From an uncultured bacterium (lineage in GTDB: Bacteria; Latescibacterota; UBA2968): a stretch of 38,750 nt of DNA. Made by a program: the position numbers and the translations under genes. Positions within the stretch are counted from its first letter, which is position 1. Each line of letters starts with the position of its first letter. This document shows positions 26,397 to 35,922 of the stretch, one piece after another. The notes below the pieces were generated by a model. That model was not told where the DNA came from and made no database searches. It worked only from the letters and a program-made list of their open reading frames with translations. The DNA lies in NCBI GenBank assembly GCA_964471275.1, contig CAYYGZ010000009.1:1-38750 (forward strand), written 5' to 3'.

Positions 26397-27854
26397 CTAG
26401 AGTAGCTCGACGTCCTCTGCATCTTCCGGAACGGGGAGCGTGTCTGGATGGCAGGGCTCCGTTGCTCGTCCCCAGGCCTCGATGACGCGCAGATCCTGAT
26501 CCATTCGGGCCGTCTCAGATAACACTGCTTCCGGGTCCCAATCCGAGTGGAGCCGCCGAGAAAGCTCCTGCCGAGTCCGTTCGTGCGTCGGATCGGTTCC
26601 CAGATCCGACAATTCTCCGGGATCATCTGCGAGGTTGTAGAGCGCTGGTGACGTCGTGTCGTGGTATTCGTAATACTTCCACGGCCCCCTCCGGATCATC
26701 CGTGACGGGATTCCTTCCTGGCCGACGTGTTCGCTGAACGTCTCTCCCCGGTCGAGGGGGGGGCCGCCGGTCATCGTGTTCCACAGGGAGAGACCGTCGA
26801 TATCGTGCAAAGGAGTGGCTCCGGCGGCGTCGATGAGCGTTGGGCCGATATCCATGAGATTGCAGATTGTGTTCGTAGAGACACCGGCAGAGATGCGACC
26901 CGGAAAGCTCGCAATCATCGGCACGCTCACGGAACCTTCATAGTAGCTGCTCTTCCACCAGCATCCGTGCTCGCCTGCCATTTCGCCGTGATCACTGCAG
27001 TAGATAACCAGTGTGTTCTCAGCAAGGCCTGTTTCTTTGAGCGTGTCGAGTACTCTCCCCGCAAGCGTGTCGAAATACTCGCAGAGCCCGAAGTAAGCAG
27101 CTCTGGCTACCCGAATCCGTTCCTCGTCAAGCGGCGGGTAGAGGCCACGCAGCATCTTGAACTTCCGGATCGCCGCAGGTTCGCCTGCGCGTTCCTCGTC
27201 TGTTGGCTGCGGAACGTCGACCTTATCGTAGTAATAGTCGAAGAGTTCGGTTGGTGCAGCAAAGGGGCAGTGCGGCAGGACGAAACCTGCGACGGCGGCA
27301 AACGGTCGGTCCTGAGAAGAGGAGACCTTATCGCGGAGATACTCGCAAGTACCTCTGGTGACGATGTCATCGAAGGCCTGATAGGTCGTCCGCCCACGCC
27401 CCGCCACTTCGACTGCACGTCGGCTTTGACCCGAAGTCCCTGCCAGCTTGTCGAGGTGTACGCCCCCCTGACGACTCGCACCCGGGTGATGCGCGCTGTA
27501 CTCCCCGATGGGCCGTTCTTCAAATCCGTGGCGATGATCGCTGCCAACGAAGTGCATTCGGCCGATGAGCGCGGTCTCATAACCGGCGACGCCCAGCACG
27601 TGAGCCCAGGTGGGTATGTCGGATCGGAGGACGTGATTGTTATTCCACACACGATTGGCTGATGGACGTCGCGATGTCATGAAGGACATCCGGCTCGGTA
27701 CGCAAACGGGCGAAGCACAGTAAATATTGTCGAATCGCATCCCGGACGTGGCGAGGCTGTCCAGGTTCGGGGTCCGGACGAGGTCGTCACCGTAGCATCC
27801 CATGTGAAACTTGGAATGCTGATCGGTCATGAGGAGGAGGATATTTGGGAGCAT
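26397..27854 (-). CDS. Choline-sulfatase-like cytoplasmic sulfatase
   Basis: PNILLLMTDQH, SPVCVPSR, GRMHF, PHCPF, SDHGEMAGEHG.W.K..YYE.SV.VP and LYNLADDPGE. Confidence 0.92.
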   Translation of the reverse strand: MLPNILLLMTDQHSKFHMGCYGDDLVRTPNLDSLATSGMRFDNIYCASPVCVPSRMSFMTSRRPSANRVWNNNHVLRSDIPTWAHVLGVAGYETALIGRMHFVGSDHRHGFEERPIGEYSAHHPGASRQGGVHLDKLAGTSGQSRRAVEVAGRGRTTYQAFDDIVTRGTCEYLRDKVSSSQDRPFAAVAGFVLPHCPFAAPTELFDYYYDKVDVPQPTDEERAGEPAAIRKFKMLRGLYPPLDEERIRVARAAYFGLCEYFDTLAGRVLDTLKETGLAENTLVIYCSDHGEMAGEHGCWWKSSYYEGSVSVPMIASFPGRISAGVSTNTICNLMDIGPTLIDAAGATPLHDIDGLSLWNTMTGGPPLDRGETFSEHVGQEGIPSRMIRRGPWKYYEYHDTTSPALYNLADDPGELSDLGTDPTHERTRQELSRRLHSDWDPEAVLSETARMDQDLRVIEAWGRATEPCHPDTLPVPEDAEDVELL

Positions 27855-27941
27855 AATCGACTCAGCAATCTTCAGTGTTCATTCGTGTGAGTGGCCACAA
27901 ACTGCAGAACGTCCAAGAAAGAGGAAGATGGTTGCCTGGTC

Positions 27942-28259
27942 TTACTGGATTGGCGAGAAGGACGATGGGATCAAGGTTTCAGAGATGACGTCGGAGACGA
28001 TGGGACCGTTGGCTTCGGTCTCCGCTTTGGCGATGTCCCAATCAGGATCGGCGCGGAACGCATCCCAGGCCGCATCCATCGCGTCCGTGCTCTCAAACTC
28101 ACAGATGTAGACGAGTTCGTTGACGTCCTCCTTGGTCCAGAAACCGACGACCTTGATGTTGTGACGATCGAAGATGCCAAAGGTCGTCTTCTCGAATCGA
28201 GCCAGGATATCGGGCATTCTGCCGTCAGGGATACGATAGGTTCTGAGTTCGTGGATCAC
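27942..28259 (-). CDS. NIPSNAP family protein
   Basis: HELRTY.IP.G......ARFE....IF.RH.I.VVGFW, AWDAFRADPDW and L.P..FSP; GAGGAG RBS. Confidence 0.9.
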   Translation of the reverse strand: MIHELRTYRIPDGRMPDILARFEKTTFGIFDRHNIKVVGFWTKEDVNELVYICEFESTDAMDAAWDAFRADPDWDIAKAETEANGPIVSDVISETLIPSSFSPIQ

Positions 28260-28345
28260 GAATATGCTCCTCTGCTTTAGAAGGTTGTCTCAGGAAAACC
28301 ATACCACGAAAGGCACGCAGTACACGAAAGGAGGAAGACTTCAGG

Positions 28346-29425
28346 CTACCCCTTTGTGTCGATCAGGCGTTGCTCGTGGAGGCGTTTGAAGTTTCTGCCG
28401 AAAAATCTGCGCAGCTCTGTTCGAGGCTCGGCAGGAGGCGTCGTCGTGGCAAGCCGGGCGCAGAGCTTGACCATGTTGACGACGTCTCTGGACGAGACAT
28501 ACTCTGGCGCCGGACGGCGGTTGCCCTGGTTGTGGTAATTGCCGAGCGGTATTGCCAGAGCACCTACCGGTCTGTTGTGGACCGCATACAACGTCGCTTC
28601 ACAGGCGCCGCCGGACATGAGCTGACGCTGATACGCGAAAGTGCTGTCCTGTTGAGCCATCTCTTTCGCAAGCTGGTGGGTACCGAAATCGAGCCGGGCA
28701 TCAAAGACGCTCAGGTAGTCCCCGACACGGATGACTGGCCCGGAGCCCATCACGGCGCCTGGTAACTCCTTGCTGGCTTCAAGCACGATGATCGGGACTG
28801 TTTTCGCAAGGAGACGGGATTTGACCAGACCGCACGCCCCAGCTAGACCGACTTCCTCGGCTCGCGTGAAGACGGCACGAAAGTCGGCATCTATCTTCTT
28901 TCGGTTAAATTGATCCAACACGGCCAGCAGGACGGCACAATTTATCAGGTTGTCTGCGGCCTTCGTGTAGATCAGATCGCCGCGAAACTCACAGGGCGTC
29001 AGGTCAAAATGTCCGAACGCACTTTTGGGTCTCGGCAGCGCGTGCCCCGTTGTGATGTCGAATAACCTCGGCGCGTCGATTCCGGAGGTGATTCTGCCGG
29101 GAACCAGGTCCTTGCCCGATCGGATGATGACCTTGCTTCCCGGGAAGTGGATCGTGTCGCGACCGCCGCTCCATCTTGCCCTCACGTTTCTGCCGTTTGC
29201 CGAAAGGACCGAGAAGCCTGGGTGATCCATGTGCGCGGTGATTGCGATCGGTCGAGACCGGCCCTGTTTGTATCGGACGATCATGTTGCCGTAGCGGTCC
29301 TGGCGAACAGGCAGTCCTCGGCGGGCAGCGAACTTCCGGATGTACGCGATGACTTCGTGCTCGTGGTAGGGCGCTGTCGGGATGGTGAGGACGTCGGTGA
29401 CGAGTTTGCGGAGACGTTTGTTCAT
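28346..29425 (-). CDS. M42/M20/M28-clan zinc metallopeptidase or hydrolase
   Basis: DRYGN, TAHMDHPG, AADN, RAEEVGLAGA, LEAS, GGACEA and GNYHN; the dinuclear metal ligands appear intact. Confidence 0.82.
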   Translation of the reverse strand: MNKRLRKLVTDVLTIPTAPYHEHEVIAYIRKFAARRGLPVRQDRYGNMIVRYKQGRSRPIAITAHMDHPGFSVLSANGRNVRARWSGGRDTIHFPGSKVIIRSGKDLVPGRITSGIDAPRLFDITTGHALPRPKSAFGHFDLTPCEFRGDLIYTKAADNLINCAVLLAVLDQFNRKKIDADFRAVFTRAEEVGLAGACGLVKSRLLAKTVPIIVLEASKELPGAVMGSGPVIRVGDYLSVFDARLDFGTHQLAKEMAQQDSTFAYQRQLMSGGACEATLYAVHNRPVGALAIPLGNYHNQGNRRPAPEYVSSRDVVNMVKLCARLATTTPPAEPRTELRRFFGRNFKRLHEQRLIDTKG

Positions 29426-29591
29426 GATGCGTGACCCGATTCAGTTTCTGCAGTTTTGTACACGACATCGAACGAGGCAGTGGAACCACAAATGAACACA
29501 GATAGACACAGATGCTGCTGAATACTCGCCTCGCTTCGGTGATCCGGAGAGAAGTAAGTCTGGTTCAGCCTCGGCTCACCGGCGCGGCGCT

Positions 29592-31064
29592 CTAGAAGAA
29601 GCGTTTGGTTGCTGCCCAGCGCGAAATGGTGACTTTCTGTCTGGTGAAGAATGACACACCCTCCGAGCCCTGCACGTGGAGGTCGCCGAAGAAGGAATTG
29701 TTCCATCCCGAGAACGCGAAGAATGCCATCGGGGCCGGCACGCCGACGTTGATGCCGACCATACCTGCACTGACTTCGTGTTTGAACTTGCGTGCCGCGC
29801 CACCGTTCGTGGTAAAGAGAACGGCCGCGTTCCCGAACCCGCTTCCGTTAAGTGTCTGGATCGCACCGTCGAGGTCATCAGTGTGCATCACCGAGAGGAC
29901 GGGGCCGAACAGCTCGTCTCTGGCGATCGACATTCGTGCTTCAACCCGATCAAAGATGGTCGGGCCGAGGTAGAAACCGTCGGGGGTGCCCGATACGGTA
30001 ACTTCCCGGCCGTCGACGACAAGATCTGCCCCTTCACTGACACCCGCCTCGATCGATCGATGCAGTTGCTCCAGATGCTGTCGAGTGACAACAGGACCCA
30101 TTTGCGCGCCTGGGTTCCGGTCGGTCGCCCCGACACGCAGAGAACGTGCAGCTTCTGTCAGGGGACCGAGGAATCGATCGCCGGCTTTCTGTGCGCAAAC
30201 CAGCACGCTGCCGGCCATACAGCGCTCCCCTGCACAGCCGTATGCCGAGCCCATCACGCCGTCGATTGTGCTGTCGAGATCTGCGTCCGGCAGGACGACC
30301 ATGTAGTTCTTCGCGCCCCCGGCGGATTGCACGCGCTTCCCGTTTCGGGTTGCTGTCTCGTAGATGTATTTGGCGACTGGTGTCGAGCCGACGAAAGAGA
30401 CCGTCTTAACGTGTTCGTGACCCAAGAGCGTGTCGACGGCTTCCTTGCCGCCGTGCACGAGGTTGAAGACGCCCTTGGGGACGCCAGCTTCTTCGAGCAG
30501 TTTGGCCATCCGGATCGCGCTGAGCGGAACCTTTTCAGATGGTTTCAGGATGAAGGTATTGCCGCACACGAGGGCGATGGGAAGAGTCCACAGCGGGACC
30601 ATGATCGGGAAGTTGAAGGGCGCAATCGCAACGGACACGCCCAGAGGCTGTCGGATGCTGTCGCAATCGATGTCGCGCGCGATGTTCTCCAGCGAATCCC
30701 CAAGCAAGAGTGATGGGGCACCACAGGCGAATTCCACAACCTCGATGCCTCGCCGGACGGATCCACGGGACTCGTCGAGCGTCTTGCCGTGTTCGTGCGT
30801 AACGAGCGCCGACAGTTCCTCGAAGTTCTTGTCGAGCAGTTCCTTGAAACGGAACATCAGGCGTGCACGCTCGACCGCGGGCGTATCCGACCAAGCAGGG
30901 AAAGCTGCGTGGGCGGCGTCAACGGCCCGACTGATCTCGTCCGCGCCACATATCGGCGTAGCGGCGATCTGATTCCCTTCGCAAGGGTTGTAGACAGGTG
31001 ATGTCTCGGCAGCAGACGTTATCCACTCGCCGTTGACATAGAGTTTGCAGTTCGTTATTGCCAT
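29592..31064 (-). CDS. mmsA: CoA-acylating (methyl)malonate-semialdehyde dehydrogenase
   Basis: EHGKT, RGIEVVEFACG, PFNFP.MVP, KPSEKVP, SFVGSTP, GGAKNY, AYGCAGERCMA and GMVGINVGVPAP. Confidence 0.93.
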   Translation of the reverse strand: MAITNCKLYVNGEWITSAAETSPVYNPCEGNQIAATPICGADEISRAVDAAHAAFPAWSDTPAVERARLMFRFKELLDKNFEELSALVTHEHGKTLDESRGSVRRGIEVVEFACGAPSLLLGDSLENIARDIDCDSIRQPLGVSVAIAPFNFPIMVPLWTLPIALVCGNTFILKPSEKVPLSAIRMAKLLEEAGVPKGVFNLVHGGKEAVDTLLGHEHVKTVSFVGSTPVAKYIYETATRNGKRVQSAGGAKNYMVVLPDADLDSTIDGVMGSAYGCAGERCMAGSVLVCAQKAGDRFLGPLTEAARSLRVGATDRNPGAQMGPVVTRQHLEQLHRSIEAGVSEGADLVVDGREVTVSGTPDGFYLGPTIFDRVEARMSIARDELFGPVLSVMHTDDLDGAIQTLNGSGFGNAAVLFTTNGGAARKFKHEVSAGMVGINVGVPAPMAFFAFSGWNNSFFGDLHVQGSEGVSFFTRQKVTISRWAATKRFF

Positions 31065-31079
31065 TCTGCTGCTCCTTGA

Positions 31080-31856
31080 TCAATCCGCCAGGAGTGCTTC
31101 CCAATTCTCGATCGTATCGGGCCTTTGTCCGATGGATGGTGGGGTAAGCACGCGCTTCTGTTGTTCAGTCAGATCACCAAATTCGTCGGCCGTGTAGAAG
31201 TTGTCCGACCAGGCGGAATGACCCGGGCTGAATTTGTAGAGCAGTGCCCGCCTCTCGTGGTCAGCCTTCCAGGGGAGCGTGCCGTGGATCAATGCTTCGG
31301 TAAAGATCAACGCATCACCAGCCTGGACTGCGGGCTGACGGACATAGTGGGCTGACCGTTCGTTGTTGCGGACATCCGCGGGCAGGTTTTTCGGAAAGTT
31401 GCTCTTGTGACTGCCCGGGATGCAGCCAAATCCACCATCACCAACATCGGCGTGAGTCAGAAAGAACGTGCAGACCGTGAGTCCATTCCGCATCACGCAG
31501 TCGCGATACCTGTACCAGTGATCCGCGGCACGCCCCGTGGCGTGACCGTCACCCCCGTGGAGGCCTCCTTGCCGGGCACCGTTCTTCATGAAAATGCAGT
31601 AGTCGTGGTCAGCTCTGAACTTCGGTCCCAGCAGTTCGAGGAGATACGGTACGACACTTGGATGGTCAAACAGGTTCACGCAGGCGGAGTCCCAACCGGA
31701 TACGCGACTCGTCCGCTTGAAGTTCGTCTCATCGTAGGGCTGTCCGAACTCACGGTCGGCGATGGTGTTAAGGGTGCCGACCTCCTCGGGTGAGAGGGCG
31801 TTCTTGATGAGGATGTAGCCTTCAAGGTCAAAGATGAATCTCTCTTCTGGTGTCAT
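31080..31856 (-). CDS. PhyH-family Fe(II)/2OG oxygenase with HGG in place of HxD
   Basis: FDLEGY, LHGG, GDGGFGCIPGSHKSN, AGDALIFTEALIHGTLPW and RRALLYKF. Confidence 0.85.
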   Translation of the reverse strand: MTPEERFIFDLEGYILIKNALSPEEVGTLNTIADREFGQPYDETNFKRTSRVSGWDSACVNLFDHPSVVPYLLELLGPKFRADHDYCIFMKNGARQGGLHGGDGHATGRAADHWYRYRDCVMRNGLTVCTFFLTHADVGDGGFGCIPGSHKSNFPKNLPADVRNNERSAHYVRQPAVQAGDALIFTEALIHGTLPWKADHERRALLYKFSPGHSAWSDNFYTADEFGDLTEQQKRVLTPPSIGQRPDTIENWEALLAD

Positions 31857-31908
31857 CTACGCTGCCGATCTCCCGGAACGGGAACCCAGAGTTTGGTGGT
31901 TGTGGACA

Positions 31909-33360
31909 TCAGGCCCGGTGGTTCCTGAACGCCGGTTTCTCGCCAGGGACCGGGGAGTTGTCGAAGGCGCCGCGGTTCAGAACCGTTTCGACTCCTCCGA
32001 ATTCGTCGATCTTTGTGGCCTGGTCATCCTTTGCCCTGCGGTCTTGTTCGATGGGGTCGCAGATCTCACGGAGTCGTCGTTCGAAATGGTCGACGCGATC
32101 GGATTCCGTGCTCGCCAGATCGGTGAGCTCGTCCGGATCCGATACCATGTCATAAAGCTGGGCCGGCTCGTGTGCGTAATGGACATACTTGTGTGTCAGA
32201 TCACGGACCATGTAGGACGCGTGACGTGAACCGACTGCATGATACTCGCTGAAGATCGTTCGGTCCTGGTCCGGCTCGTTTGCGATCGACCAGATCGACC
32301 CGCCCGGCAGGTCGCCATCGGAGTCGGAAAGCGAGGCACCGACGCACTCGACAGCTGTCGGGAAGGTGTCGACAAGTGAAATGGGGGTCTTGCGGACTTC
32401 TGCCGCGGGTATGTCCGGGCCGGCTGCAATGAACGGAATCCCGGCGGACTCTTCGAACATGCTGAACTTGCCCCACACGCCGCGTGCGCCCTGGTGCTCA
32501 CCGTGATCCGAGGTGTAGATCACACGCGTTGAATCGACCAAACCGAGTTTGTCGAGTTCATCGAGAACACGACCGATCTGTTCATCCAGATGCGAGCAGG
32601 CGCCAAGGTAGGCGGCAATCATCTGCTTGATCTGTGCCTCGGTGAATTGGGGGTCGAAGTCGAAGAACCTGCGCATATAGTCGAGCGCGGGATGCTGCGG
32701 CCAGTCGGATTCTCGCCACTGAGGCTGAAACGGGATATGCTGGTCGATATACTGGTCAAAGAACTTCTGTGGGCAGATGTAAGGCGGATGCGGACAGACG
32801 AACGAGAGGAACAGGGCCCAAGGCTTCTCGTCGTCTTTGTGCTCGTTGAGCCAAGCGACCCCGTTGTCACCGTTCCGAACGTCATATTGGAGATAGGTCG
32901 ACTCTCCTGGGCCTGCGTCGAGGATGCCTACGCGCTTCTTTCTGACGGGGGCTCGTTCATCACGAATGCATCCGAGTACGTCGCCAACGCCGTCAACAAC
33001 GTGCAAGGGCTCTACTTCGTTTGTGAATCCGTGATCGTTCTGTGGTCCGCTGAAGTGAAGTTTGCCGATCGAGTCTATGTGGAAGCCCTGCTCCCGCAGT
33101 CGATGATGCCAGCTGTTGACTCTTCCGTCGTATGGGTGGCCGTTGTCCCAGTAGCCAGCCTGGTGAACGTATCGACCGGTCGCCAGTGAGGCACGGACGG
33201 GTACGCAGATTGGGCAGTTGGTGTAGGCGTTGTCGAATCGTGTTCCGCGCTCTGCCAGTCGGTCGAGGTTCGGTGTTTGTACCACCGGGTGGCCGTAACA
33301 TCCGAGGGCGTGCTTGTTGTGTTGATCGGAGATGATGTAGAGGAAGTTCGCAGGTCTCAT
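31909..33360 (-). CDS. Choline-sulfatase-like cytoplasmic sulfatase
   Basis: Start MRPANFLYIISDQH (ATG33360); CPICVPVR, GKLHF, PHPPY, SDHGE..GARG.WGK.SMFEESA.IP and SEYHA. Confidence 0.92.
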   Translation of the reverse strand: MRPANFLYIISDQHNKHALGCYGHPVVQTPNLDRLAERGTRFDNAYTNCPICVPVRASLATGRYVHQAGYWDNGHPYDGRVNSWHHRLREQGFHIDSIGKLHFSGPQNDHGFTNEVEPLHVVDGVGDVLGCIRDERAPVRKKRVGILDAGPGESTYLQYDVRNGDNGVAWLNEHKDDEKPWALFLSFVCPHPPYICPQKFFDQYIDQHIPFQPQWRESDWPQHPALDYMRRFFDFDPQFTEAQIKQMIAAYLGACSHLDEQIGRVLDELDKLGLVDSTRVIYTSDHGEHQGARGVWGKFSMFEESAGIPFIAAGPDIPAAEVRKTPISLVDTFPTAVECVGASLSDSDGDLPGGSIWSIANEPDQDRTIFSEYHAVGSRHASYMVRDLTHKYVHYAHEPAQLYDMVSDPDELTDLASTESDRVDHFERRLREICDPIEQDRRAKDDQATKIDEFGGVETVLNRGAFDNSPVPGEKPAFRNHRA

Positions 33361-33672
33361 CCGGTCGCTTTCGTGGTGGATCTGGCAAGCCCCCAGCAGA
33401 GGGCCGCAGGTCCCAAACAAGCGGAGAGGCAGGATCGGCACCAGCGGATTCACTGCAGCCGCGATGCTGTCTTACCAGATACTGCGCTCTCGCCAACGCA
33501 TGTGTCGGCTGCTCGTCATGTTCGCCCTTCAAGGGGCGGTAACATATCTTGGGATCTGAGGTTTATCAACATCAAAAGCGACAACCACGTGACTCCTTCA
33601 TCTGTGGACGTGTCGGTCGGGAGCGCACGAAGACATCATGCAGGACAACAGCAAGATTGGAGATGGGATCAA

Positions 33673-35079
33673 ATGAGAAGCGGCGACGAAAGGCTGTTCG
33701 GGATCACCGTACTGGCGGATTTCGTGCTGAACGAAGGGATCGACGGGATCCTGGACAACATCACCGAGCGAGCGGGGGCAAACGCGATTGCCGTGAACCC
33801 CATCGTGACCGCGGAAGCGGCAGAGGGGGAGGGGAGCTGGCAACCGCCCGCTGATGCCGGGAGCAGCCCGCGGGTGTTTGACCGGCCGCTGTGGGGGAAG
33901 ACGTCGCTTTGGGTACGCTCGGGACCGAGCTATCAGCCGAACGAGGCCTTGTATTCGGCGTCGCGGTACAAGCCGAAGCAGCCAAACGACCTGACCGAGT
34001 CGCATGGCAGCCTGGTCGGCGCGTTTATCGACGCGGCGCTGGAACGAGGGATCAAGGTGTATCTGCAGATACCCAGCATCACACCGTCAGGCTTGCAGGA
34101 TGATGATCGTCCACGACTCCCGAATGGAGAGATCCCGGACCGGATGGCAGATACCGGCAGCCTGGCGAGTCCGGCGAACCGTGCCTATGCCGGTGCGTTC
34201 ATCCTGGATCTGCTCGAGATGTATCCGAATGTGACCGGATTCCGGCCGGACTGGCCGGAATATCCGTGTTACAAGCTTCCGGAAGCCTTCCAGGACTTCA
34301 ACGACCACGTGGCGCGATGGGCAGCTGACAACGGATTCGACTTCGGACTGATCCAACAGGATGTAGGTCGATTCTACAGCTATCTGCACGGTAACCTGAC
34401 AAACACGGATCTCGAGGAATTCGCCGATGTCGAACGTGGCAAATGGGCACAGACACGTCTGCTCAGACAATTCCCGAATGTCTACGCGTGGCTCCGGCTG
34501 AAGCGGGCACTGTCGATGGACTTGTTGGGCTTCTGGCGGAAGACGATCACAGAAGCGGGCGGAGCAGAAAAGGAGCTTTCTGCCAATGCTTTCATGCCAC
34601 CCCTTACGTTGTGGACAGGTCTCGATCTTGCCGGCGCCGCGGACATCTGTGATGCCGTCTCACCGAAACTCTACACGATGCACTGGTCCGCGATGGTCAA
34701 GTTCTGGGGGCAGGTCTTGATCGACAACAACGAGGGTCTGGACGAGGCGCTAGTTGTGCGTTCTCTCGTCAATCTGTTCGACATCGATGATCAGGCTACT
34801 GCGAGCCGGATCACCGATTACGGCTACCCGCTTCCCGACGAGCCACATCCAATCCCGAATGGTCCCCAGGAACGCAGAATCCGTCAGGCCATCGCCGAGG
34901 TTAGGGGCAAGGCGGATACCACGTTCCTGATGCACGGATACGGGCCTCCAGATGACTTCGCGAGGCGGTTCAGGCTGGTTGCTGAGAGTCAGGCGGATGG
35001 GGTGTGGATCAACCGGTATGGGTATCTGAGTGATGAGAAACTGAGCACGGTCGGGGATATCTGGAAAAAGAGCAGGTAA
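33673..35079 (+). CDS. Hypothetical protein, possibly a glycosidase-like TIM barrel
   Basis: 468-aa ORF from ATG33673 with host-like codon usage. GIKVYLQ, GFRPDWPEYP, PKLYTMHW and GVWINRYGYLS suggest (beta/alpha)8 strands. Confidence 0.7.
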   Translation: MRSGDERLFGITVLADFVLNEGIDGILDNITERAGANAIAVNPIVTAEAAEGEGSWQPPADAGSSPRVFDRPLWGKTSLWVRSGPSYQPNEALYSASRYKPKQPNDLTESHGSLVGAFIDAALERGIKVYLQIPSITPSGLQDDDRPRLPNGEIPDRMADTGSLASPANRAYAGAFILDLLEMYPNVTGFRPDWPEYPCYKLPEAFQDFNDHVARWAADNGFDFGLIQQDVGRFYSYLHGNLTNTDLEEFADVERGKWAQTRLLRQFPNVYAWLRLKRALSMDLLGFWRKTITEAGGAEKELSANAFMPPLTLWTGLDLAGAADICDAVSPKLYTMHWSAMVKFWGQVLIDNNEGLDEALVVRSLVNLFDIDDQATASRITDYGYPLPDEPHPIPNGPQERRIRQAIAEVRGKADTTFLMHGYGPPDDFARRFRLVAESQADGVWINRYGYLSDEKLSTVGDIWKKSR

Positions 35080-35278
35080 GGTCCAAGATCAAGCATTCAG
35101 AGTTTTTCATGAAAGATCACCGGGCTGGGTCGAAACACGGAATGCGTATTGTGCTTGCCCGGGATGCGGCAGAAACTGCCATCTCCCGACCTGCCGTGTC
35201 AGGATTCTTTGAGGACGATGTAACCATCCAGGTCAAGAAAGATCCTCTCTGCCGGGGTCATATACGCTCACCCCAGAC

Positions 35279-35864
35279 TCAAGGCGTTCCTCGCCACCCG
35301 ATCTCCTGGCGGGCCTTCATGATGAAGAGCCGGGGGGGTGGTGTCTCTGATACCACCGTTATGTTCACATCCAGCACGAGTGGAAGATCAGACGGGATGT
35401 CCTTCCTCGCGAGGAGCTTGATGACCCAGATCAGGCCCGAGAACGAGACGTGCCAAGGGGACAGGAGGAGCGTCGATCGCTGGGGACCGTCCGAGCCACG
35501 AGGCGAGTCGAGGTGGAATGCTCGAAAATCAGGGAGATCCTGGTCCTCCGTTACCGGGAACAAGGGACGCGCTTCCGTTCGTGCGCTCAAGAGGTCGAAG
35601 TGATCAGAGAAGATGGTGCCCGTGTCCTGGAATGCGAGCTGGAAGGAATAGGCCTCCAGATCCGCGGCATCGGGCATGAAGCCCTGGAATTCAATCGAGT
35701 CGCCGACAGTCGGACGGGGGATGGCTCCCTGACCGTTATAAACAGGTGGGTTCTCGACGTTGGAGTCGATCAGGAGGTAGAAATCTTTGGATGTGGGCGT
35801 GGCGGAGGAGAGCTCCTGGGAGCGGGTGGAGAGCGACCAGTAGAATCGCCGCCGCATACGTCAC
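35279..35864 (-). CDS. Secreted hypothetical protein, paralog of 25417-25947; signal peptide out of frame (possible frameshift)
   Basis: YLLIDSNVENPPVYNGQG aligns with LILMDTQVESPAVYDGSG. GTG35864 begins MTYAAAILLVALHPL in a different frame from the body. Confidence 0.65.
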
Positions 35865-35922
35865 GACCTGGTCGAAGCGACCGTCACCTGAGAGCGGGAG
35901 TGGCCCGTGACGTGTCATCGGT

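Noticed and set aside
33277..33672. N-terminal 132 aa of the 600-aa ORF, and the 33361-33453 extension of the sulfatase
   Set aside because: The two extensions overlap each other head to head and look non-coding; ATG33673 and ATG33360 are better starts.
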